Below, in pieces: positions 1-13,000 of a DNA stretch of 64,000 nt. The DNA is from Ophelia neglecta (lineage: Eukaryota), in contig OZ260665.1 of the NCBI GenBank assembly GCA_965285935.1, positions 64,418,001-64,482,000 of the forward strand, in the 5' to 3' direction. The translations under genes were made by a program, and so were the position numbers. The number at the start of each line of letters is the position of its first letter. Position 1 is the stretch's first letter. The notes beneath the pieces were generated by a model. That model ran no database searches. It was not told the origin of the DNA and worked only from the letters and a program-made list of their open reading frames with translations.

Positions 1-1043
1 AAGAAAAAAAGTAGCAATAGTAGGCCTATGAGCTTGCATTATTAGACTACCTGTTAAATGTGTCGGGCTGTAGATTCTGTGGCACGCTTTGGGTATATGA
101 CTGTAGCCCGGGTTAGGGTAAGTTTAAAGATGCCTATCCTGAGTACGCAGCGCAGTGTCTTAGCGCCTGAAGCTCATCACCTTTTACGGGCAGCCCATTA
201 TCATAGTCTAACAGGAGGTAGTACTCCTGTTTCGCGACCTTGTATGGGGCTCGAAAAACACATGTCGGCAATTGAATTTTTTCATGTTTTTCTTCGTGAT
301 ATTGTAGTTTTAGCGGAGCTTAGCCCATCAAACACGTTAAAGTGCTATAACTCGTTCTGATCTTCTAGTTGGCCTAATGGCCTCTCATGGTGGCAAGTTT
401 GTGTGGTAGCACAAAACACTCGCATGTAATGTTTACATATGTGGATAATTATTTGGACATGTCGAGACTAGGTACTTAACTGTTTCTTGGGACATTTTAT
501 GGCCAGTTTGATACCTTAAGATGCTATCCAAGCCGCATTTTGTTACGACAGAGCTCAGGTTAATCCATATTATCGCAACAGTTTAATATGATTGAATGCG
601 CACTCGATCAAGACGAAATCCACACAGGATCCAGTAAGAGGTTACACAAGGGTAGGAATAATGCCGTTCCCCGTTCTCCCAAGAACATGAATTCACTTGA
701 CTTGTCCAGATAACATTGCAAAATGAGAAAAGAGCTATAATCAAACATTCTTTTAACTAATTATTAGGGACGGAATAAAAAACACAAAAACACATTTAAC
801 TGAAAATTAACATGTCTTTGTAAACAGAGAAAGCTATAGATAATATAAATGACACCAATTTTCTGTCTTTGGATGTTTATCTAACATTTGGGTTTATATC
901 CATCATGCGAATATATAGTCAAATTCGGCCTTACAAGTTTATCGAACGTATACGTACATGTAAATATTGAAGACTGCAAAATATACCTACTTTCAACTAT
1001 TGTGAGATATTGTCTATGGATCAATAATTTGCATTGAATACAG

Positions 1044-4000
1044 GACTTATTGCGACGTCCGATATTCCCGAACGACTTTGTTCGGTGCAACAAGAAACCG
1101 TCTTGTATGTCATTCAGTGCTGAGGTGAATGGGGTCAAGCCTAGAACGGACATCAACAAGTCTAAGTCGTCACATTGTACCAACTAGACTTAATGCTAGT
1201 TCTATTGGAAATTCTCCAAAGATCGACCTGTATGTATTAATTAAGTAGAGTCAGTTGAGATTTATTTTACCAATCGATTACCCTGTTTAATCTAGGACCC
1301 CCGCTCAGGAGACTTGGAGTACGAGGGACCATTGAGGTTTTATCTGGATGATGAGGAGGGCGAGAACCGAATGAAGGCATTCAGACTGACCGGAAGCACC
1401 TCAGTGCTCAGTCTGCTTCCAGAGTTTCAAGACAAATTTTCGCTCCAACTGTGTATTGCTTGCAGCATTAAAGTTTATATCAGCGACAACAGAGGTATAT
1501 ATTAAACAAATTATTCCCTAATATATATTTTGCTACTTTTCATTTATACACAATAATAATGAGATAGCACTACTGTCTATGCGTCTCTTGGGGCGGCCTT
1601 TTGGTACCATTAAATAAATAGGCTACACTTTAATATATATAATTTAATTTTTGTACACTGTGATTTCGCGGTTTTATACTCCTGACCTTATCGCTCCACA
1701 CACGATGTGTGTTGTTCAACCATTAGTTACTGGGTGCATGTTACTTTATTTTCGCGAAAGTTTATTTCTTCTGAGAAATGCACGATTATAAAAGTGCATA
1801 AACATTACCTGTATAAGGCAGGGTCTAGACAGTCTGCAATTTGGGTGCATGCGAACATCAGACGGAGCCAGAGTTTTGTGAAGAACTAAGTACATAAACC
1901 TTGTCATCTCAATGTCACCTTTAAAATGATACTTGACAAAAAAATGCAAGCTACCAAAGCCATGAAAACCCCGCGAAGAAATACATGGTTCAAAAACAAC
2001 TTTAATGTGTGTATTACATGCACGCGTCCATGTCAACAGGCGAGATCGCCGCATGGTAATACCGTATACACCATTGATATTCCTTTGGCCGCACGAAAAT
2101 ACCGAATGCCGCAATGACCTTCGCGTGTTTTACCAATAAGAAAGCGATCAGCCGATTTCGCGCATCTTTTTGAAAGATGTCGGGCGTTGGTATACTACAG
2201 ATGTATAGAAGTATATACACAAATGAGATCGTGTACTTCAAGATAAACAGTGATTGACGAGTGTTATTGTGACTGAGGATAATTATCATAAAGGAGGCAT
2301 TTATAAAGGTGATTAGGCCTATTACGCAATTTTGCTAAACATTACGCAGTTTGCGCCTACTCCATGATGATTGGGGGGAAATATCGCGTACGAGGGACAA
2401 GCCGATTTTAACAAGCCTTGTTTAGTATATTTAATATACTAAGTTATAGGCCCGGCTTAGATCTATAACCGGTATTATACTATAAGCTCCAATAAGACTA
2501 AATGTCTTAGGCCTATAATTTATCAAATAAATGTGAATAAATGCTACATTCTTATTTTTCTGCGAAATCATTCAAACTTCATGAACGGTTCATGCAAATT
2601 CCAAGAGCAGTTTTGTAAGATTAAAGTTTAATAGCAGAGGACAGAAGTGTCAGAAGGGCTCATGAACAAAGGCCTCATTTGTCAAGCAAACAAAAATCAG
2701 CTGATAGATTTGATTTATTGTATTCATTAAAAATTGTTGACAGTCTGATCAATTTTGGACGTCAGATTTACCAGCACCAACAGGTAGCATCTGTCATAAA
2801 ATGGCCGACCACCCTAGGCTTGTATTGAAGGTCGTTACAAATCATTTTAGTAGCTACACCTATACCACTGTGGAAAACATAGATCAACACTTGTTCTTTT
2901 CTATGTGCAGTTATTTTGTAGTTTAAGATACACAGATAACCTGTTGCCCTGTTCTTATTTATTACTTCATTTCATGCGCCTGTGACAGCCAGGTTGGTCA
3001 GGCGACACTTTCATAGCCACATCACAATAAAAGAATGATGACAGTAAAATATATTATTAATTTGACCCCATCTGGTTTTATCCTATGTGTCTTTTTGGTA
3101 AATGTAATGACCTGATCGGGTATTTAGGCCACGGAAAGTGATACTTTATATGTCGCTCAATAGGGAGCAAAGGGGGGTGAAACAACCATTGTGGCTCGAT
3201 TGTTATTTAAACTTTCACACACTGTGATTTCTTTGTGTTTTAACCCTGGTTCAATCTGAAAGTTAATCGTTTGTTATAGAAATAAAATCATATTGTGTGT
3301 TCCTGGATTAAAACTGAAGATTGCCTATTTATCATAATACCAGGTATGTTTATTTGATATACGGCTAGGCGGCGAGTCGAGGCTTGTCAATCGCCTCATC
3401 ACGCTGGAAACCCTGGCCAACCACTGGCCCGTTAATGCCATGACTAGGCAATGTTTAAGCCATCTGTATTGATTTTACAAAATTAAAGTGATATTATAGT
3501 ATACTGATTAATGAGTTTTGTGGTTTTGTAGGCAGGGTACATTAAAAGTGAGTTTGAGGTACAAGTTCATGTATTTACGACCATTAATATTTGACAGAGA
3601 AACGTCCGCATCGGCATTCTGCCTGTATACGTTGTGGCGCCATGGCATATGTCCAAATCAACAGGTTAAATGTTTTATAGACTGGCCTTGTATACTTTAG
3701 CCCGATGAATACATTTAAAACCATTCCATAGTATTCATCGACCTTTAGACTGTATTTATAGTAACTTATAGTAAGCGTTTCCCAGGGTTATTTATGAGTA
3801 CCAGGGCGTGCACCAGATCAAATTGGACGTTATTTGTGACTTGTTGGGGCCGCTTTCTAATAATATATTAAGGTATTTTCATTCAAATCAAACCAAGAAC
3901 CTTTTGAACCATCATCCGCTGATCGCCCGTTCAGATGTTTTCGATTTATATAATAAGATATATAATTCCATCCTTTTGATGGTGCGAGGCGTGGTGGATA

Positions 4001-7000
4001 TACAGTGAAATGAGAGGAGACATATCTTTCTGGCTCCATTTTAGTCCAGTTATAAATTTAGGCCTACTGCATATTCACACTCAACTAACTGAGTATGGTG
4101 ATTTCATCTGCCTTAGGCTTTTTTCACATTGGTGACTGCCCTGGAGAGCGCAGTGCATGGTTATGAGCTGTCTAGTGTCTTTCATTGGCTTTGTTCATAT
4201 AGAGATGCTTTTCATAAAGAGGACAGTGCAGCAGGCTTAAGTGCAATCACATTACTCAGTTACAAGGTTTGATATTATAGAAATTTATTATAACTTTCAA
4301 AGAAACCGAGAGATTGGGCAGCTATATAGGTTTTATTGGTAATTGGGAGAAGATTTTCAGAATGTGTTACTCTACTTATTGAAGTCCTTAGATACTGACT
4401 AAATGTATCCCTTTGACAATGGATTAAGTAAGTCACTTTGTATCAAACAATCAGAACACCAACGAACCCTTTGTATGTGTGTATCATAAAACAACATGTG
4501 ATCTGCATCGTCAATGAAAGAGAACAACGAAAGAATTATATACTTATTGATACACTGCTCCAAACTTTCAGGTTGGTAGCAATTAGCGATATGATGTTAT
4601 ATATTATCGACACGCTGGAAGATATTTATTTTTCAACTTTTCTTCGCCGTAATCCGAATTCAATTTGGAAAAGCTCGCACTTTATTCTTTGTACAAGCTG
4701 TGATACAAAACAGCCTATTTTCTATATACTGCTTCAAGAAGGTACACATTTTATTTTAACAGACCGTCGATTTGGTGTGAACGTCTACTGGCCAAGTGAT
4801 GTACAAATTAAACCATAGAAAGGTTTATACCGTGTAACTATCAGAGCTTTAAATCAGCAAGGCCCATTAGACACTGAATCCGACACTTAAAAATACCTTG
4901 TCTGTCAAACCGTGTAATTAGACATTGTGCTCCTATAAACTCATAATTGATTAGAGAACTGTTTCTGAATACAAAAGTTCTGTACATTCGCTACCATCAA
5001 ACTGATGAGTTTTCACATCCACGGTATGGATAACTTATCCCTGCCACAAACATCGGCGGTTCTGCCAGTGGGCGAATTGTCGCGCAATAGCCACTGCAAC
5101 CTCCCTCGTATATCAGTTAGCAGCTAGGCTCAGCCAACAGAAACAGACGGCCTTCAGATGGAAGGCGGCGAGGAAGGCTAACCGTATTTGCTTCTTGCTT
5201 CTGTTGATTAAGTAAGAGGCGACAGTGGCCTCGGTTTGTGGTATTTCTAGCTAGATAAGCTGACTTTGGCCGGGGTTAACACCTGGGATCATCTACTTCC
5301 CTGGTACATCGGAATAGAGAGCCACCTGCCCTAGTCGCCCGCTATCAAGGTGAGAAACAAACGCTTGGTGCATGGGTGATTGTTGTGTGTCAGTTTTTCA
5401 TCCGCAGGCTAGGTGTTTGTCAGTGGAGCGAGTTCGAATGTTCACATTAAAGTTTATCAAACCACAATAGTCGTATTGAAATGATTCGTAGTGTATTCAT
5501 ATGACTTTTTTAAGACACAATATGTTATGTAGTTGACCTGGCAGCCACGTATAGTTTAATTTGTGACTTTAACGGGAATCTTTTAAGCATACTTCATACC
5601 ATATTTCTTAAAATAAGTAAGTCCTTTACTTGTGCCAGTCTCTTTTTTTTCGGATTAGTGAAAGATCCAATGTATTCGTGGTGCATTGATTCGTGGAACG
5701 AGGAAACGTTTCTCTCACAAATAAAACACTCTACCATAAAACATTATGTATCTTCTTGTACCAGCATATAGACAAGTTCTCAGTGTTTAATTTTGGTTGG
5801 AATATATTTCTTTATATTACCTTGAGACATGAAATCAACCTTATCTTTTAGAAATAAGTTGTCAAGTGTAGGTAATTGACTGCCACCGGCAATGCATTGA
5901 AAGTTGTGTTCATGGAATATACAGCTTTAAGCTTTTTTGCCGTGTACTATAAATACAAAGTACACGAAGGCCTTTCTTTTGAAACAAAGCAGGTCAATTT
6001 ATTTACATTTTTTCCATGTCACTGGCGCTGGTCCTTGCTCATGTACCAATTTGTACTTGCGGAAATGATTATATTTGTAATTAGAAGTGCTTCTGATTCT
6101 GGTCTTTTGAACCGCCTAGTTAGCCTTTTGATGCATGCATTAAATTTTATTCGTCCAGTTTTCAGAGCTGTAATTGGTATCAATTCGAGAGATAAAACTT
6201 TTTTTGTTTCGTTGCTTTGGTCTAGGTATACTGGCGTGGGAGTATTTCTGCTGATATACACTGACAGTTTAAAGCACTTGTAACACTACTATTGGCGAAG
6301 TCAATCGCTTAAACATGTTTAAGTGACTCCCAGTTTGCCCCTGTTGCACGCTTAAAAGCATGCATTCATCTTCTTTTAAGCTAAATCAATCATGCCAATG
6401 GACCACGTTTCTCCCACGCAGCAGTTGTTTTAAGTGAAGAAATCACAGAACCGAATTAACTCCAAAGAAATAAGATAGCTTAAGATACCGCTAGATGGAC
6501 AATTACATTTCTTTGATAATAGACGCTTAAAAACTTATTTCACTTTTAATGGTGATGTGAATGATGTTTTAATATAAACTTAGAATCAATGTGATGAAAA
6601 TATGGCCGTTTATTTAAAATTGGAATGGAAAAAAGTAATTAAAGAGATTTACATAGCTTACTGCCATCAAAAACCATACTGCCCGAGCAGTTATTGTTCC
6701 TAGTTAGATGGAATTCACGCTTCATATATAGTGGTATATATATAATGCAATCATGATGTTTTGACCATGCACCTTTCTTCTACTTGATGATCATTCAGTT
6801 CACACGAGTATATCCTATTTGTTTTGAAGCTACCTTCTGTCTCAGACCCGGACTTACAAACACACATAAAGACAGCAGCTGTAGGGTCAATATTATCATC
6901 AGGCTTGAAACAAGCCATTCTTTTTGTTGACCATTCAAAACTGCCAACCTGATATTTAAAGGTAACCTCCAAACCTGTAATTTTCCGATCCTGTTCCGCT

Positions 7001-10000
7001 CAGGCATCTTTGCCGTGATTGAAACCCACTCATGGGTCAGCAGTTCGAACAGGCCGATACATCTAGTAGGCAATTTCCAAGTTCCTTTTGTTCAAATTCA
7101 TCAGGTTTTGAAATAAGGATGCACGCAATGTAAACATGAAATCGTTTCAAATTATAATTTAGGTGTTTTGATTTTAAATCGCCCCTTCAAAATCTGTCAA
7201 AACCAGGTTTATAATAAAGTAAGGATGATTTAAAGGGGCAACATTGAATTGTCTGCAATTTAGAAACCTGTTTAAAATTTGCTGGGACGTGATTAACCCT
7301 TGAAGTGATTCCCGAAGGACCTGGTAATTTGTTACTTTGTGTGGCAAGACATTCATCTGACCATTGTGATAGAGACACCTCTATTCATACTTATAAACAC
7401 CATTTCATCATTGAAGGAATATAAGAATTGGATGTTTACTTCTTATACAATGTTAACGTATTAGTTTTCATCCAAATCTACAGGTATTGTATGTTCGTTC
7501 ATGTCATATGATATCAGTGAATGACACCCGTGGTCTATAGAAAGTGTATTTGATAACATGTTGATAGGTCTTTTCATAGATAAATCTATAAACGATCACT
7601 TCATAAGTATAGGTTTTTTACATACTTCTATGGTCACATTTTTACTATATACCTTGCGACAAAAATAATAATATGGACATTAAATGGAATGCATAATCCT
7701 TATAGTTATCATGGTCATTATGTTCAATTCAAGTTGGTCTGACATGAATGGAAAGGATTCTTGTTGGAATGAATGAAAAAAATATCATTCTCGCGTTAAT
7801 AATAAACTGGACTTGTGGTATTTCCTCCAGACAGCTTACACTGTATTTGACAGATTGTTGCACCCGTTTCTGATAATACCCCCTGGGTGGCATTGTGTGA
7901 TATACAGACGCTTGGTACATAATGTTTTCAGACTCATTGCTAGGTCAATTTTATATTTGATTCCATACGAAAAATGAATAACTTGTTTCTCTGCCCTCAG
8001 CATTTTTTTTATTTAGTAATTACATTTTATGTGCAGTATTTCTTATCCAGACTAAAATTAATAACAGTGTCACATTGGGACATAAAGGGAGATAATTAAT
8101 AGCTAATATTTACCGTGACATAGCCTACGGTACAATTTACATCAAAAACATTCCAAGCAGTCCTCTCTAGCTGCGATTAATAACATTTGATAGAAGAGTA
8201 TCACTTAAACAGCGCCGTGCTGTGTTTTGGAAATCAATAAAAACCGAATAGAATTAAAACTCCACATGGATTGTAACCAGCTGTAATGCTGGTCAGACAT
8301 TTTAGTACTGTAACAATCTCTTTCAATCATTGACAATTATCACTACCGTTTTGTTCCGAAAATTTACATTTGTAAATAGACATAGGTGTAGACCTGCTAA
8401 GATGATAAGGGCTCATGGTAAACAGATAGTCTGGTGACAAAAATGGCCTCCAACCCCCGTGACGTGGTCGACGTCTGGCCTGGACCAGACGGCTCTGGTA
8501 CATTGTCCAGGAGGTCAAGCCTCCCGCATCACGGTGTACAATACCTGGCCATTTTATATCAATACATTGATTTTCATGTTTATCCAATGGTTCAATTTAA
8601 CGTTCAGCATTGTCAGGCTAGATTTAATCTTTTTTTGGGCTTTTCTTAACTTCGTCATTTCTAAGAGTATGGTGATGTAAATGTCATGAGGGTATTGCTG
8701 ACGGCTATAAGTTGCTTGAATACGACAATAAAAACTCTTAATCTAACCATCTTGAAACTCGAGAGGGGCAAAAACAAGTGGAAAGCTGTCAGGGTAAATA
8801 ATAAAATGGAAAATTGGATGAAATAAAAGTGCAGTATACGTGTAACTTGACAATTATTGGATTGACAATAATGTTCATTTAGAAATTGACTAAAGGGCTT
8901 GACTTTTTCGGTCTCCGCCTTTCATCTCATAGAAACAGTTCAATTTGTAATTGAATATAGGCTGTCAACATGATCTAAGCTAGTATACCCTTTGATCCAA
9001 AATACTCGGGTCATTTGAGGATGTTACTATAACGTAAGGAGCAGAAAATCGTTTAGTCTTATGAAGCGTACACCTTTACTACAATTTTTGATTCTTTGTG
9101 GGACCAAATTCAGATGAACGTATTCATGTACATGTATGTAAATAGAAACTGGCCTGTCACGAGTTTGTCACACACAAATTTCATAAAGAGAACGAGCCTT
9201 TTTAATGAGATAGACGTCAAAGAATTTATGTGTACAAGAGATGTTGGTGTTTTAACAGATCATAGGTCTTTTTACACCAGAGAACTGGGTGTAATTTGTT
9301 TGTGCTATACACCATATTTTAAATGTCCACAAAAATACAAGTTTGTTTGTGTTATGCTTACTTTATCTTCTTAACTAATCAATTCAAGTCAGTTATTGTT
9401 ATGTCTATATATAAAACCTGTATATTCACTATATTGACAAGCAGGCAAAAGACAAAAGTTAATCCACTGGCATAGTTGTTAGGCATTTTGCTTTGCATTT
9501 AGCACTTTTCGCAAGCAAGGACTTGCCCTATTGCCCTACCTAGCCCTACTTTTCATGACAACCCACTGTCTATACTTTCTCAAGGACCAAATCTGTCGAC
9601 AATATATATTGAAATTGGCTTCGCAAAATTTTCCTGCTCTCGAGAATTTGGTGGTTTACAATATAACGAGGACTGAAAAGATGATGTAAAAAATCCTGTG
9701 TAACAGGTGCAAAGGATAACGGAACTTGATTGTGATGAAAAAGAAATTATGAATCATGTGTGGTGGGAGCCGCGTGAAAAGGGTCATGCTGTGAATAAGG
9801 CAAGTTTTAGAGAGTAGACCCTAAATGAAAGATGGGGCAGTTTTGTTTTAAAGTGATTTATGTGTTATGTAATTTTTTAAATATAAAGCTGTCTGATAAG
9901 ATGGCTTTCCTGGGATACTGTAGCTTTTGGGGTGTATATAAACAACTTAGAGGAATGTCATATCTACAGGAAAAAAAACTCTCCGAATTAAATCTAGCGA

Positions 10001-13000
10001 AGGAAATAATAACCTTGGTAAATGTTCATTGAAAAACTTGTCAATAAATGTTTGACGGCTGAAATAATAAGACGGACGTATGGGTAGCATTTTTGTTTCA
10101 ACAAACAATTAACGTGATTTAGATTCCCACGGTAAATACAGTGAACAGTCTGTTAGGTTTTTCCTCTCTGCCATTTACCACTCTTAGTGATGTAGGTGAC
10201 AAAAGCTTTGTCCTAAACCTATATACACTACTTCCTTTACGGATGTACAGAATTACAGTACAATGCAATTGAGGTATCTTTATCATTTATTTACGAGTTT
10301 AACATAACCAGACTTCGTGTGATTTCAGCTTAATTGATCGGAGGGAACTTTCCACTTAAGGCGGCAGATAACTGCTCTTATGTTGTTATAAGAATCATAT
10401 CATGATATTCTTATACGAGCAAGAATCATAAGTCACCATCCTTCGAAAAGAGATAGAAGCTCTAGAAGGAGGTGGATTATTGTGATATTGTCTTATTTAA
10501 TGGGCAGGTCATTTATTCCTATAGAAATTACTGGAAAAACCTGACTTTTAATATGTTGTTTACATCCCAAATAAACATATTTCTACTATTGACATTCCTT
10601 TAGTTTCCAGATATTATTTGACATGTATGCAACTGACGCCAATTCCAAAACAAATCATGTTCCCGGTAGATAAAGACTTAAATTTCTAATTGTCTGGTTT
10701 CCATGGCAACCAGTTGCCCTACAAAAATGTCCGTTAAGGACATGATTCTCATTACAAAGATACAATCTAACCGAACTTGCCAAACTTGCCCTACTTTATG
10801 ATTTTTCAGAGTTTCAATCCCTGTGTTTGCAATTTCATATTTTGATGTGAATTTGCCAAAATTTTATGATGGCAAAGTACCCTACCTCCTGAAATGTCGG
10901 TCAAAAATAGCTCTCAGACGCTGCAGCATGGCAAACATGACATCTATGTCTTCCCATTTATATCAAAACGCGTTGGAGTCCACATCGTTCAATAATAGAG
11001 GGAAGTTATCATAGGTATTTGCACTCTTATGTAAAAAATGACTTAAAATGGCATAGTGAAGAGCCCTGCGGTACTCCTTATATCATGTCTAGGTGGCAAG
11101 AGGGGTTGCTATTTAAATCCAAAATGACTCATCTTTTTTTCGGGGTAGCTGTTAATCCATTCCATGGCAAGTCACCAGACGCCCTCTATCTCAAGTTTCA
11201 TTTTATGATATCATTGGCCACTGACAATGCGTGGACGGCTTTGGAAAAATGAGGCAAATGTCTTATAACAAGACAGTCGCCCTGATTAAGCGTTGAGGAA
11301 ATTCTGTCCACAAGCAAATTAAAAGCCCAGGTAATAGAGTAGACGTTTTGTCCCTGAATACGCTTGATTATAGCTGAGTATGCTATATCAGTTATAAAAG
11401 AAATATTTTGCATCCCGGGAATCGAGACTACCTGCTGGAATGGGAAATAATGATCTGATTATAGAGGTGGTTTGATTAGTCAGGTTAATTATTTTGAAAG
11501 CGTACAGTATGGTCTTCATATGATTGGTATGCATTGACTGGTTTTCTGCATATAGAGGTAGTCTTAAAGGCAGGTTGCTCTGTGGGTCGTTTATTAGTCT
11601 ACATGTCGAAATGCATCGTGGATTGCTGTTATATTATGTAACCAATTTACAGTAGGTTTTGATGTATCTATAGTGCTAATTTGCATTGTGCTAAGTCTTT
11701 GCTGCAAACGTTTGATCACCTGGGTAGACCCAGCTACAAGTCATCTTCTTACATTTTTTCCTATTGATGTGGTCAGAAAGCGCACGTTTCCTTCAAGATT
11801 AAACAGTCTCGAGTTGCATTCCAACACGCATGTCTGCTATTAACTGTTTCTTCTCTATAAGGTAAACGTAGACCCAGTGTTTCGTGACAGATTTCCACCA
11901 ATCATTGGAGTTATCTATTATTAATTGAAAATCAGAGTAGGCAGAAGTGTTGTGATCGATAACAGGCAAACTCAACAGTACATACATCACCCCTAAATTC
12001 AGGATAAGGATTGGAAATCTCTGATTGTCGTCTGACAAAAACGTTCTAAAAATCGTTATTATACTGTACTGAGTACAGTGTACTCATGTGTGGAGTCTCA
12101 ATTAACCAGTGTCTCATCACAGGATTGTTTTATGCAATAATTATAGGTCTGATGATGACGGATAGATAAACGTATGATAATTACAAACACGAAATACCTG
12201 GTAAATCTACTCTATCCAGACCTTAAAATTCGGAGAATGAATTTCACAAAATGTTGGTAGGCAATATTTTCACATTATATATTAACATTATTGCTCGTCC
12301 GTGGCACAGACAAAGCACCCGTAGTATACCAGATTAAACTTCTTATAGTTAAGGCTCTTCGCAGAAACAGATCATTACCAGTGTAGATGACAACTGGCAA
12401 ACTGATATATTATTGGGGATAATATAATAAAACTTACAAGCGTATGCTAACTGTCATCTTTGAATAACTTACCGGATTCGTTGGTCCTTGAAATGTCCAT
12501 CGTATTGTGTTTTCCCGTCAATGACTTGACCTTTAGTGTGCTTTTATCATATTATAATTATCACCCGAAAATATATGATAAAAAATGGTATCACCATTTA
12601 ATATATCAAAATGCTCCCATAAACATTTCTACTTACTGCTGGTTTAACTTTGAAGATACCGCCTCAATTATATAGAGTGGCCCCTTGCAAAATACCTGGC
12701 TAGTTGTGTTTACTATGTGTCAAGTGGTGATACCAACGGTTAATTTCTTTTGTAACAAATTTGAAAGTATTCAATAGAAGTTGCTTTATATCTGTCATAT
12801 GCAATTGTACTCATTCTTCTACTTAAGTGAAAAGAAATGTGGTCGTCTGCTATGAGGCCCATTCAACAATCAGTCAGTTGTTCTATTAGGTCGTCGATTA
12901 TGGGAAAATAATATAAAGAGCAACGCAATCACATAAATGTATGAAACCCGGTCCACTTAAAAGTGACACGACGCAGCAGTGCAACATTAATAAAAGCTAT

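Noticed and set aside
58-620. 100-aa ORF, and a possible RTE-like LINE tail on the minus strand (HVFFEPHTRSRNR)
   Set aside because: The ORF has no recognisable motif or splice support, and the LINE resemblance is too short and degenerate to call.
2363-2445. C-box ATGATGA as a snoRNA start, plus a 10-bp AT palindrome
   Set aside because: No D box at a suitable distance, and such a palindrome is expected by chance in AT-rich DNA.
4438-7378. Several 60-135 aa ORFs in the long intron
   Set aside because: Composition is typical of random AT-rich DNA, with mostly non-ATG starts and no consistent splice signals.
10697-10710. Near-perfect RFX X-box GTTTCCATGGCAAC
   Set aside because: It lies mid-intron in repeat-like sequence next to a LINE remnant and far from any supported TSS.
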